From positions 75,228 through 139,227 of the forward strand of contig CAYPYB010000001.1 in assembly GCA_964415115.1 (NCBI GenBank): a DNA stretch of 64,000 bases, read 5' to 3'. The notes beneath the pieces are model-generated. The model did no database searches. It was given only the letters and a program-made list of their open reading frames with translations, and had not been told where the DNA came from. The position numbers were made by a program, and so were the translations under genes. Source of the stretch: an uncultured Candidatus Pelagibacter sp. GTDB lineage: Bacteria; Pseudomonadota; Alphaproteobacteria; Paracaedibacterales; CAIOTO01. Of the stretch, positions 1 through 9,023 are shown piece by piece (position 1 is the stretch's first letter; each line of letters opens with the position of its first letter).

Positions 1-59
1 TCCAGAATTTAAAGATGACCTTCCAAGAACAAGCGTCCCTGAAACATAAGAGCAATTGA

Positions 60-995
60 ATGATTAAAATTGTTCCATACGATAAACAGTGGCCTCTTTT
101 ATTTTCTAAAGAGGCTGAAAGTCTTAAGCGCATTCTGCAAGAAAACTTGATTGATATTCATCATGTAGGATCGACTTCTGTTCCTAGCCTTTCATCAAAG
201 CCTAAGATTGATATCATTGCCGTTGTCAAAAGCGGAAAAGACTCTGTTGAATCATTGAAAAATTATGAATATACATACAGAAGTGAATGGAATATTCCTT
301 TCAAATTCGGCTTCACAAAACGGGGTGAGCATGATATTAATTTACATATCTATGAAGAAGGACATTCTGAAATTGAGGTTAATCTTTTATTCAGAGGCCA
401 TTTAAGAAAAAACATACAAAGCAAACACGAATATGAAGATCTCAAATTAAGCTTATCTCAACAATCGAGATCAGCTCAAAAAGAAGATCGTCATCTTTTT
501 TCAAATTATAATCTAGGCAAAGATGAATTCATTCGAAATGTCTTAAAACAAGAAAATTACGACGGCAAACGCTTTTTAAAAACAACGCACCATTTTGAAT
601 GGAATGAATATCACAGAATCAGAAAAGAACTTATCTTTGATGCAAGTGGATTGAAGTATGACCCTCATCATTCATTCCTAACAGATCCCAACCATCATCA
701 CTTTATTCTTTATCATGGTGTTCAAATTGTTACAGCATTACATGTAGAGTTTTTAAATTCAAATACTGCAGCCCTGCGTATACTTGCTACTGACAAAGCT
801 TTTCAAAACAAAGGCTATGCATCTTATTCTATGGGATTGATTGAAAAATGGATTAAAACACAAGGGATACAAACCATTAAACTTCATGCAAAACCTAGAG
901 AACGTCCTTTTTATGAAAAATTAGGCTATACCGATATAGAATTTGATGACGTATGTATTGTAAAAGATTATATTGACCTTGGTAAAACTTTATAA
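60..995 (+). CDS. GrpB (UPF0157)-like domain fused to a C-terminal GNAT N-acetyltransferase domain
   Basis: The N-terminal part matches the GrpB pattern (IVPYDxxWP ... HHVGSTSVP ... KPKIDI). The C-terminal ~90 aa look like a GNAT acetyl-CoA binding region (FQNKGYASYSMGLIEKWIKTQG ... FYEKLGY). It is one uninterrupted 311-aa ORF. Confidence 0.6.
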   Translation: MIKIVPYDKQWPLLFSKEAESLKRILQENLIDIHHVGSTSVPSLSSKPKIDIIAVVKSGKDSVESLKNYEYTYRSEWNIPFKFGFTKRGEHDINLHIYEEGHSEIEVNLLFRGHLRKNIQSKHEYEDLKLSLSQQSRSAQKEDRHLFSNYNLGKDEFIRNVLKQENYDGKRFLKTTHHFEWNEYHRIRKELIFDASGLKYDPHHSFLTDPNHHHFILYHGVQIVTALHVEFLNSNTAALRILATDKAFQNKGYASYSMGLIEKWIKTQGIQTIKLHAKPRERPFYEKLGYTDIEFDDVCIVKDYIDLGKTL

Positions 996-1976
996 ACCAG
1001 GTCTATTCTCTTCTCTAAAAATAATCATATTTTTCTTCTTTTCAATAATAAGACCTGCAAAGGTTGCTCTTTTAAACGATGACGACATAACAAGATATAG
1101 AATATGAGCGATTGTTTTACTGAAGTTAATGTACTTTTTAAAACTTAAATCCCTAAAGTAAGAAACTAAAATCTCCTTTTGTAAATAAGAATGTAGAGGC
1201 ATAAAATCGACAAGATTAAATTGATTCAACGATTGAGATTGTTTAAATTCATTAACCTGATGATCTATGAATTCTTGAGCATCTATCATTTTAGAAAAGC
1301 TACGCTGCACTTTTGAAAAAGATAGAAGTTTATTTTGTTTCAAAGACTGCATTGTTTTTCGAATACGAATCCTTTCAAACTTTACATTTTCATTGGAAGG
1401 ATCTTCTACCCAAGTCCATTGATTCTGTAGCAAAAATCCTTGAAGATCTTCTTTTTGAAAGAATAATAACGGCCTCAAAAGAATAATATTTTTTTGAAGG
1501 GAATAAGATTTAATTCCACATAAACCTTTAAGACCAGAGCCATTGTTTAACCGCATCCAAAATGTTTCGAGTTGATCATTCGCCGTATGTCCAGTTAACA
1601 AATGGGTAAAATGATTTTGGCTACAGTAATCAATTATCAATTGATAGCGTGTATCTCTCGCTTGCTCTTGGATACGTGTTGTTATACCTTCATGCTGCCA
1701 TGTTAAAATTTCAGATGCTATACCATGATTTAGCAGCATCTTTTGAACATGCATAGCCTCCGATGTGGATTCAGGTCGTAGTTTGTGATCTACAATTAAA
1801 CCACATAACTCTATATTTTTGGCTTTGCAATACATATACGTTAACAGTGCTAACGCCATACTGTCTGAGCCACCAGAAATAGCTATGGCCCATTTTTGTA
1901 ATGGTACAACATGGGCATTCGATAAAACATCGAGTTCTTGATTAAACTTTTCTATAATCTTACGTTCTTGAAACAC
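990..1976 (-). CDS. tilS: tRNA(Ile)-lysidine synthase
   Basis: It has a PP-loop SGGxDS motif (AISGGSDSMALALL) and a 328-aa length typical of short TilS. Its 3' end overlaps the convergent 60..995 ORF by 6 nt. Confidence 0.8.
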   Translation of the reverse strand: MFQERKIIEKFNQELDVLSNAHVVPLQKWAIAISGGSDSMALALLTYMYCKAKNIELCGLIVDHKLRPESTSEAMHVQKMLLNHGIASEILTWQHEGITTRIQEQARDTRYQLIIDYCSQNHFTHLLTGHTANDQLETFWMRLNNGSGLKGLCGIKSYSLQKNIILLRPLLFFQKEDLQGFLLQNQWTWVEDPSNENVKFERIRIRKTMQSLKQNKLLSFSKVQRSFSKMIDAQEFIDHQVNEFKQSQSLNQFNLVDFMPLHSYLQKEILVSYFRDLSFKKYINFSKTIAHILYLVMSSSFKRATFAGLIIEKKKNMIIFREENRPGL

Positions 1977-1983
1977 AATTAAA

Positions 1984-2925
1984 TTATTGATGATGACTTA
2001 AATAACGTTCTGCTTCCAAAGCTGCCATACACCCTTGTCCTGCAGCTGTTACAGCTTGTCTGAAAACTTTATCTTGCACATCACCTGCTGCAAAAACACC
2101 TTCTACAGATGTCAATGTTGAACCAGGTTTCGCAACAATATATCCTTCAGAATCAAGATCCAATTGTCCTTTGAAAAGATGGCTTGCAGGATCGTGACCA
2201 ATAGCTACAAATAATCCATCAACAGCAAGTTCAAATTTTTCACCCTGTGTATTTTCTAAAATTAAATGTGTCAATGATAAAGGATTTTCAGATCCTTTCA
2301 TATCAATCACTTGAGAATTCCAAATTACTGAAATTTTTGGATTTTTAAACAAACGATCTTGTGCAATTTTCTCTGCTCTCAAAGAATCTCTTCTATGGAT
2401 AAGTGTTACATGTTCTGCAAAATTCGTAAGATACATTGCCTCTTCAACAGCAGCATTTCCACCACCAACAACAGCAACACGTTTATTCTTATAAAAAAAT
2501 CCATCACACGTTGCGCAAGCTGAAACACCGAAACCTCTAAACTTTTCTTCGATAGGCAAACCTAGCCATCGAGCTTTTGCACCTGTAGATATAATCAATG
2601 TGTCTGTCGTTATTTCTTCGCCAGTTTCAGATTTAACAACAAAAGGTCTTTTTGATAAATCAACAGATTCTACGATTTCTTCTACATGCTCAGTTCCAAC
2701 ATGCAAAGATTGTAAACGCATATGTTCCATCAAGTCGGGACCTTGCACAGCGTGCTCAAATCCTGGAAAATTTTCGACATCCGTTGTAATCATCAATTGA
2801 CCACCAGGTTGAAAACCTAGGAATTGTAATGGTTTTAAATTTGCACGAGCAGCATAGATTGCTGCTGTATATCCAGCAGGACCAGCACCAATAATCACGA
2901 CTTTACGATGTTTTTGATTTTCCAT
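1984..2925 (-). CDS. trxB: thioredoxin reductase
   Basis: It has an FAD motif (GAGPAGYTAAIYAARA), the redox CATCDG motif and an NADPH motif (VVGGGNAAVEEA). Length is 313 aa. Confidence 0.9.
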   Translation of the reverse strand: MENQKHRKVVIIGAGPAGYTAAIYAARANLKPLQFLGFQPGGQLMITTDVENFPGFEHAVQGPDLMEHMRLQSLHVGTEHVEEIVESVDLSKRPFVVKSETGEEITTDTLIISTGAKARWLGLPIEEKFRGFGVSACATCDGFFYKNKRVAVVGGGNAAVEEAMYLTNFAEHVTLIHRRDSLRAEKIAQDRLFKNPKISVIWNSQVIDMKGSENPLSLTHLILENTQGEKFELAVDGLFVAIGHDPASHLFKGQLDLDSEGYIVAKPGSTLTSVEGVFAAGDVQDKVFRQAVTAAGQGCMAALEAERYLSHHQ

Positions 2926-2951
2926 AATGTTTTTTGAATCCTATTCTACTG

Positions 2952-3245
2952 TTATACAAGAAATGGTTTTAAAAGTTCGTCTAATTTACCGTCTCTGTCG
3001 AGAGCATGCAAATCATCGCAACCACCTACGTGATAATCATGGATAAAAATTTGAGGAACAGTTCTTTTTCCATTAGCTCGTTCGACCATAGACATTCTTA
3101 AATCGTCATCATCCGATACATCTATTTCTTCAAATTTGACATTCTTTGATTGCAATAATTTTTTTGCCTTCACACAATAAGGACAAACCTTTGTTGAATA
3201 AATTTCAATTTTTTTTTCTTTTGATTGTTCATTTTTTGTGCTCAT
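2952..3245 (-). CDS. grxC: glutaredoxin (Grx3-like)
   Basis: It has a CPYC active site and a TVPQIFI...GGCDDL tail. I prefer the internal ATG at 3245 (MSTKNEQ...), which has AAGGA 7 nt upstream. The track ORF extends to 3305 with a hydrophobic extension abutting rnhA. Confidence 0.75.
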   Translation of the reverse strand: MSTKNEQSKEKKIEIYSTKVCPYCVKAKKLLQSKNVKFEEIDVSDDDDLRMSMVERANGKRTVPQIFIHDYHVGGCDDLHALDRDGKLDELLKPFLV

Positions 3246-3305
3246 GGATAATCCTTTCAAGCTTAATATGATGAATAAAAATTTAATAATCGGACGATAA
3301 ATCAT

Positions 3306-3809
3306 CTATTTCATTTGACTCGCTATAACGCCTCGACGGGCCAGCATATCCGCTTTTTCATTATACAAGTTACCGTCATGCCCCCTGACCCAATTCCATA
3401 TTATTTTTCTATTTTGCGCTAGATTATCTAACTCTTCCCATAAATCTTTGTTTTTTACGGGCTCTTTTTTTGAATTAACCCAATTTCTTTTTTTCCAGCC
3501 CTCTAACCAAACTGTCATTCCATTTTTAAGGTACTGACTATCGGTATAGAGCTGGATTGTCACCTCAATAGGAATAAATTTCAATGCTTCTATAGCTGCA
3601 AGCATCTCCATTCGATTATTAGTAGTATCAGATGCTGATCCAAAGATCATGTGTTCTTTTTCTTGAAACAGAAATACTGTCCCCCAACCACCAGGCCCTG
3701 GGTTACCAGAACATGCACCGTCTGTATACACATGAATTTCAGCTGTGTTCGTATTTTTATTAAAAGAGTCATAAACAGTATGAAAAGGAGATGTTGTCAT
3801 TCGCCACAC
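3306..3809 (-). CDS. rnhA: ribonuclease HI
   Basis: Motifs read: YTDGACSGNPGPGGWG, TNNRMEMLAAIEAL, YTDSQY and the C-terminal NEKADMLA. The start could instead be the ATG 9 nt downstream (MTTSPF). Confidence 0.85.
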   Translation of the reverse strand: MWRMTTSPFHTVYDSFNKNTNTAEIHVYTDGACSGNPGPGGWGTVFLFQEKEHMIFGSASDTTNNRMEMLAAIEALKFIPIEVTIQLYTDSQYLKNGMTVWLEGWKKRNWVNSKKEPVKNKDLWEELDNLAQNRKIIWNWVRGHDGNLYNEKADMLARRGVIASQMK

Positions 3810-4036
3810 ATTAAATTAAATTTCATTATCATTATAACATATTGACTATGAAAAAAATGTGATATTTTTTCTGTTTTTGCATTACATTGATCTTTTAAAA
3901 ATAATGAGAGATAGCAGACAAATTGAACCCAAAATTACATCTCCATACTATCTATAATTAATAGATGACTCTTTCCAAAAATAATCATTTGAGTTATGAT
4001 AAATTTCATATTTACAACAAAAAGAAAAATATTAAA

Positions 4037-4588
4037 ATGACCATAATGTCTGACAAGTGGATTATCGAGCAAGCAAAAAAAGGAATGATTACACCTTTTG
4101 AAAATTCTCAAAAAAGAGAAGGTATCATTTCTTATGGGGTTTCTTCATACGGTTACGATGCACGAGTTGCTCCGGAATTCAAAATTTTTACAAATGTTGA
4201 TAGCGCTATTGTTGATCCTAAAAATTTTTCACCTCATAGTTTTGTAGAACGTGAAACAGATGTCTGCATTATTCCACCCAATAGTTTTGCCCTAGGAAGA
4301 ACAGTTGAATACTTCAAAGTACCTCGCGATGTTTTGGTGATCTGTCTTGGAAAATCCACATATGCACGATGCGGTATCATTGTGAACGTAACTCCCCTTG
4401 AACCAGAATGGGAAGGTCACGTTACACTGGAATTTTCCAATACTACACCGCTTCCTGCCAAAATTTACGCTAATGAAGGTGTGTGTCAGTTCTTGTTTTT
4501 CAAAGGAGACCAAGAATGTTTAACATCGTACAAAGACCGTGCAGGAAAATATATGGGACAAACTGGCGTCACCTTACCTAAACTTTAA
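4037..4588 (+). CDS. dcd: dCTP deaminase
   Basis: Near-canonical Dcd blocks are present: [80 protein letters not shown]. The track ORF starts at 3965. The conserved N-terminus suggests ATG 4037 or 4046. Confidence 0.85.
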   Translation: MTIMSDKWIIEQAKKGMITPFENSQKREGIISYGVSSYGYDARVAPEFKIFTNVDSAIVDPKNFSPHSFVERETDVCIIPPNSFALGRTVEYFKVPRDVLVICLGKSTYARCGIIVNVTPLEPEWEGHVTLEFSNTTPLPAKIYANEGVCQFLFFKGDQECLTSYKDRAGKYMGQTGVTLPKL

Positions 4589-4626
4589 ATCTTTATTTTT
4601 ACTCATTTTTCAAATCAGGAAATATC

Positions 4627-5904
4627 ATGGACCAAATCATCATTCAAGGTGGCTCCCCATTATCGGGTACTGTCAAAATCAGTGGAGCAAAAAACTCTGC
4701 CCTTCCTCTTTTAACAGCATCATTATTATCTGATCAAAAATTGGTTTTGCATAACGTTCCAGAACTTGCAGATATCGATTCTATGTATGAACTGCTTACT
4801 CAACATGGCGTTCAAATTTCAAAAGAAAAGAACACAATCACACTCAATGCAAAAGGTGTTGCTAATACAACCGCACCTTATGAATTGGTTAGGAAAATGA
4901 GATCTTCAATTGTTGTGCTAGGCCCTTTGCTTACACGATTTGGAAAAGCCAGAGTTTCATTACCTGGAGGCTGCGCTATTGGCACACGTCCTGTAGATGT
5001 GCATCTTGAAGGACTTCGTAAATTAGGTGCAGAAATCGAATTAGAAGATGGTTACATTGTTGCTAAAGCCCCAAATGGTCTTGTTGGAAACACATACACT
5101 TTTCCTATTATTTCTGTGCAAGGAACAGAAAACATCATGATGGCTGCCGTCCTTGCAAAAGGCGAAACCAAACTTATTAATGCGGCACGTGAACCTGAAG
5201 TAGTTGACCTAGCTCTTTGCCTTAATGCTATGGGCGCTAAAATTGAAGGTGCAGGAACAGATACCATCATTATTCAAGGCGTTAATAGTCTCAAACCTGC
5301 ACAACATACTGTGGTGTGTGACCGTATAGAAATGGGGACGTATGCTGTCGCTGCTCTCATTACAAAAGGCGAATTAACATTAACAGACTGTGATGTTTCA
5401 CTTATTCCCATCGTTAGCGATTTATTGATCAAAGCAGGAGGTCAAATTGATCTTTTAGATGTGCATAACCCTTCAAAAGGTTTTCATATCAAAACCATAT
5501 CGGATAAAATTTATGGTGTTGATATTCTTACAGAACCTTATCCAGGCTTTGCAACAGATCTTCAAGCACAAATGATGGCCTTAATGACGATTTCAAGCGG
5601 TGCATCTATGGTCACTGAAACCATTTTTGAAAATCGTTTTATGCATGTTTCTGAACTTTGTCGAATGGGTGCAGATATTAATATTCACGGATCATCGGCT
5701 CTAGTTAGAGGTATTCCGCAGTTAAAAGGTGCACCTGTTATGGCAACAGATTTACGTGCTTCAGCAAGTTTAGTGTTAGCAGGACTATCAGCTTCTGGAC
5801 AAACGACCGTACAACGTATTTATCACCTCGATCGTGGATACGATAATATCGTTGGAAAATTACAAAATTGCGGTGCAACAATAGAACGTACAAAAGCTTC
5901 TTAA
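4627..5904 (+). CDS. murA: UDP-N-acetylglucosamine 1-carboxyvinyltransferase
   Basis: It is 425 aa, with an N-terminal ISGAKNSALPLL and an active-site loop LPGGCAIGTRPVD. Confidence 0.9.
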   Translation: MDQIIIQGGSPLSGTVKISGAKNSALPLLTASLLSDQKLVLHNVPELADIDSMYELLTQHGVQISKEKNTITLNAKGVANTTAPYELVRKMRSSIVVLGPLLTRFGKARVSLPGGCAIGTRPVDVHLEGLRKLGAEIELEDGYIVAKAPNGLVGNTYTFPIISVQGTENIMMAAVLAKGETKLINAAREPEVVDLALCLNAMGAKIEGAGTDTIIIQGVNSLKPAQHTVVCDRIEMGTYAVAALITKGELTLTDCDVSLIPIVSDLLIKAGGQIDLLDVHNPSKGFHIKTISDKIYGVDILTEPYPGFATDLQAQMMALMTISSGASMVTETIFENRFMHVSELCRMGADINIHGSSALVRGIPQLKGAPVMATDLRASASLVLAGLSASGQTTVQRIYHLDRGYDNIVGKLQNCGATIERTKAS

Positions 5905-6190
5905 AAAGAAAAGATCGTCAAGTTTTGACTATTAGTTCAAAAAAGAAAGAATCTTTTACTCTTTAAGACGCCATAAAGAATGCAGCAGGTAACAGAAAAA
6001 ATGTTATATAACACCTTATTATTATAAAAGTCTTTGAAAGCTAATCTTTAAAAACCCGAAAACCGTCAAAACTATTATTAGTGATAATTATTGATGAACG
6101 TTATGTTGGCCCCACATAATAATATAGATAGATTAAATTTCTTTATATCTCTTAAATTTTTGTATGATCTTAAGTCATTATACAATATCA

Positions 6191-6213
6191 ATCTAGGGGT
6201 AAAACCCCTAGAT
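6191..6213. terminator. GC-cored hairpin (ATCTAGGGG-taaaa-CCCCTAGAT) 14 nt downstream of the 861-aa gene stop
   Basis: Perfect 9-bp inverted repeat read directly. The flanks are T-rich on the + side (tttcg) and mixed on the - side. It is the only strong stem between convergent murA and the 861-aa gene. Confidence 0.4.
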
Positions 6214-6226
6214 TTTCGAGTTGCTG

Positions 6227-8812
6227 CTAAAGCCCGAGAGAACGCATCATCATTTCCACAAGCTCATCTTGATCTGAATCAAATAATTGCGAAACTTGTT
6301 GCCTACCATGGGAATCAGATAAAGTTGGTGCTCCTGCATATGATTGCACTGCCCATGATCCAGGCACTTTAGATGGCTTAATATGTTCTAGACCGGGAGG
6401 AGGCAATAAAATCTCTGTTGGCGACAATGCTTTTTCGAAACATGAAACTTCATCAAGAGTATCATTTACTTCTGCTTCCAAAGTTAATATGTCAATGGGT
6501 ATTTCTGCACTGAACGGCATGCTAGTCTTTTCATGTAAAGGAATAGCATCATCTTTAATTAAAAATGATGAAACCTCTGACATAGTGTGGCTCTTTTCTA
6601 AATTAGAATCAACTCCACTAATTGCATCTACAGATGCTGTTTTGTTTTGAACTTTCATTTCAGCCTTCGCTTTTTCTTTTCGTTCGGCTTTTTCCTTTTT
6701 CGCTGCATCTCTTTGCTCTGCTGCTGGTCTTTTTTCTTCTCTAATCCGTTTTTCTTCTGAATTTTTAGCTTCACGCTCTTGTGCACGTAACTTTTCAGCC
6801 TCTTGGTGACGTTTTAATTGTGCCTGTTTTTCTGTTTCTGAATTTACAAGAATCTGTGAAGCTGTTACGGTAACAGACAAAGCCGAATCTTTCCCTACCT
6901 TTTCTGCTGCTTGTCTTCTTTCACGTTCTAAACGCTGCTCTTCTTTCCTTTGAATCGCTTGCTGTTGTGATGCTTTCCTTCTCTCTTCTTCTTCCCTTCT
7001 TAATCTCTCGAATCTTTCAGCATTTTTGGCTGCTTTTTTTTCATCCTTTTCTTTCTTTAAAACTTCTTTTTTAACCTTCTCAGCATCTTGAATTGCTTTT
7101 TGGCGGCTGACTTCTATTTCTTTATCAAGTTTCATTTCAAGCTTAGCTGCGATAAATCGAATGGCCTCATATCGACTGTCTTCTTGTTCTTTAAGCATTT
7201 CTGTTAATGCACAAGCTCTCTCAAATGCTAGCTGAGTTTCACTAGCAATTAATAAATAACTGATGTGCCATAATGACATTTGCACTGTATTATTTATTCC
7301 GTACTCATTGGCATATTTTTTATAAATAGCCTCTGACATGTCAGCATTTGAAGATGCTAACTCCTGAGATACAGTTAACGGTTGTGACACTATTGTTTTT
7401 GTCTCTGGATCATTGCCAAGTTCTTCTGGTGACTCTTTTTTTATTATATCCCATCCAGCAATAGCATGTTCAAAATCTAAAATATTTGATATTAATGTAA
7501 AATCTGTACTGCTCTCACTCAATGACCCTGAAGTCACTAATAAAGCTAATGAATTATTTGATTTATTAGTCTTTTTCCCTGACTTTTTCACTATTGATTT
7601 TTTATTTTTGAGAAAATATTTTGTTAATTCTAATTGTAATTTCTGATTTAGAAGCACTCCTTGTTGCAAAATTAAATCACTATCATTCAGCGGAATATTT
7701 ATCAATGAGTTAAGCTTTTCTCTCTCATGAAAAGCATTTTTTAAAAATGACAGCGCTTTTTGACTATCTCTGACATCAGATAATTTTGTATTCAATAAGT
7801 CCTGGGGTTGCTTGAATTGAGATACGCTTAAGACAAGAGAATTCGTTGCTTCAATTATTCTTCCTGAAGTTTCTAAATAGTGATTGCTTTCTTTTATATT
7901 TTTTTGTTTTAATAATTTAAGTTTATCTATTGCTTCATATGCAATTGATACGTAATCATTATTATGATTATTTAAAATTTGGACTGCATACATTGCTTCT
8001 TGAACAATTATATTTAAAATTTTTGGACGAAATTCCAATTTTGAATCAAAAGTATCTTTTGGCTCTAGTGCAAAAACGGACTTCTTTAACATACAAATAG
8101 ACTTGTTTATATTTTCCAAGGCATTTTGAGAATTTAAATCAGAAAATTCTTTTCTTAATAAAACCATTAAGTCGTGGGTTAGATGTGACATGAATATTCC
8201 CAAATGTCCGCATATCAAATAATTGTGAAGTCTAATTCTTTCTTGCACAAAATCAAGTTTTGATTTATATGGATCACATGATCCAATCCCCTGAATATAA
8301 GAAAAAGTTAGTTCAAATGCTTGTTTGAAATAGTCACGCCCTTTATCTGATAAAACACCTTCTATTTCAGCTAGGCTTGTATAAGCTTGCACTTGAGCCA
8401 TTGTTAAATTATACATGACCCTTTCCAAATCATCTACGGTTACTTGATGAATGTTTCCCGTCGTTGATTGAATAGAAAGAGATGCATCATTCGGATGTAA
8501 AGATGCTATTATCGCTTCACAATCTTTTTTTTTATCAATCCCTGTTTTTCTGATCATATTTGTTGCTGTTGATAAAATACCATTCGAATAATCATACAAA
8601 GCTCTAGGATTAGAGAATGTTAGAATTAGAGCTGATCTTCCTGAAACAGGCTCTAGACTGCCTAATAGTATATCTCTAGTAGATGTGCTACGCACCGGCA
8701 CCCCTAGCGCAAGTGCCAGGGGATCGTTAATCTCCATTGCTGAAAAGTTTCTTGGTGTAAACACAAATGCATAAAGGCATGTGGAAATTAATAATTTTGT
8801 AGTTAATTTCAT
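6227..8812 (-). CDS. hypothetical exported protein, 861 aa, with a long E/R/K-rich helical segment
   Basis: It is a long uninterrupted ORF with an N-terminal hydrophobic signal-like segment (MKLTTKLLISTCLYAFVF). Residues ~557-720 are almost pure E/K/R/A/Q (for example EEEERRKASQQQAIQRKEEQRLERERRQAAEK and AAKKEKAERKEKAKAEMK). I recognise no family motif. Confidence 0.7.
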   Translation of the reverse strand: MKLTTKLLISTCLYAFVFTPRNFSAMEINDPLALALGVPVRSTSTRDILLGSLEPVSGRSALILTFSNPRALYDYSNGILSTATNMIRKTGIDKKKDCEAIIASLHPNDASLSIQSTTGNIHQVTVDDLERVMYNLTMAQVQAYTSLAEIEGVLSDKGRDYFKQAFELTFSYIQGIGSCDPYKSKLDFVQERIRLHNYLICGHLGIFMSHLTHDLMVLLRKEFSDLNSQNALENINKSICMLKKSVFALEPKDTFDSKLEFRPKILNIIVQEAMYAVQILNNHNNDYVSIAYEAIDKLKLLKQKNIKESNHYLETSGRIIEATNSLVLSVSQFKQPQDLLNTKLSDVRDSQKALSFLKNAFHEREKLNSLINIPLNDSDLILQQGVLLNQKLQLELTKYFLKNKKSIVKKSGKKTNKSNNSLALLVTSGSLSESSTDFTLISNILDFEHAIAGWDIIKKESPEELGNDPETKTIVSQPLTVSQELASSNADMSEAIYKKYANEYGINNTVQMSLWHISYLLIASETQLAFERACALTEMLKEQEDSRYEAIRFIAAKLEMKLDKEIEVSRQKAIQDAEKVKKEVLKKEKDEKKAAKNAERFERLRREEEERRKASQQQAIQRKEEQRLERERRQAAEKVGKDSALSVTVTASQILVNSETEKQAQLKRHQEAEKLRAQEREAKNSEEKRIREEKRPAAEQRDAAKKEKAERKEKAKAEMKVQNKTASVDAISGVDSNLEKSHTMSEVSSFLIKDDAIPLHEKTSMPFSAEIPIDILTLEAEVNDTLDEVSCFEKALSPTEILLPPPGLEHIKPSKVPGSWAVQSYAGAPTLSDSHGRQQVSQLFDSDQDELVEMMMRSLGL

Positions 8813-9023
8813 TCTAAAATCCTAATTGTAACTATTTTAATAAATGTGAAAAATAAAATAAAAATAAGATTAACTCATTTTTATTTTTTAAATATTATAT
8901 TAATTTTAAATTTTTTATTCAAATATAATTATAATACTTTTTCATACACAAACTTAAAATTTGCCAAAAAGCTATTTTCTTGCTGAAATAGTACTATGTA
9001 GTCTTATTGTATGAAAATATTTT

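Noticed and set aside
1-49. Possible 3' end of an upstream + strand gene (…PEFKDDLPRTSVPET*)
   Set aside because: Only 16 codons are visible, which is too little to support a feature.
6091-6372. 93-aa + strand ORF
   Set aside because: It overlaps the 3' end of the much longer 861-aa minus-strand gene and spans the terminator hairpin. It has no motifs.
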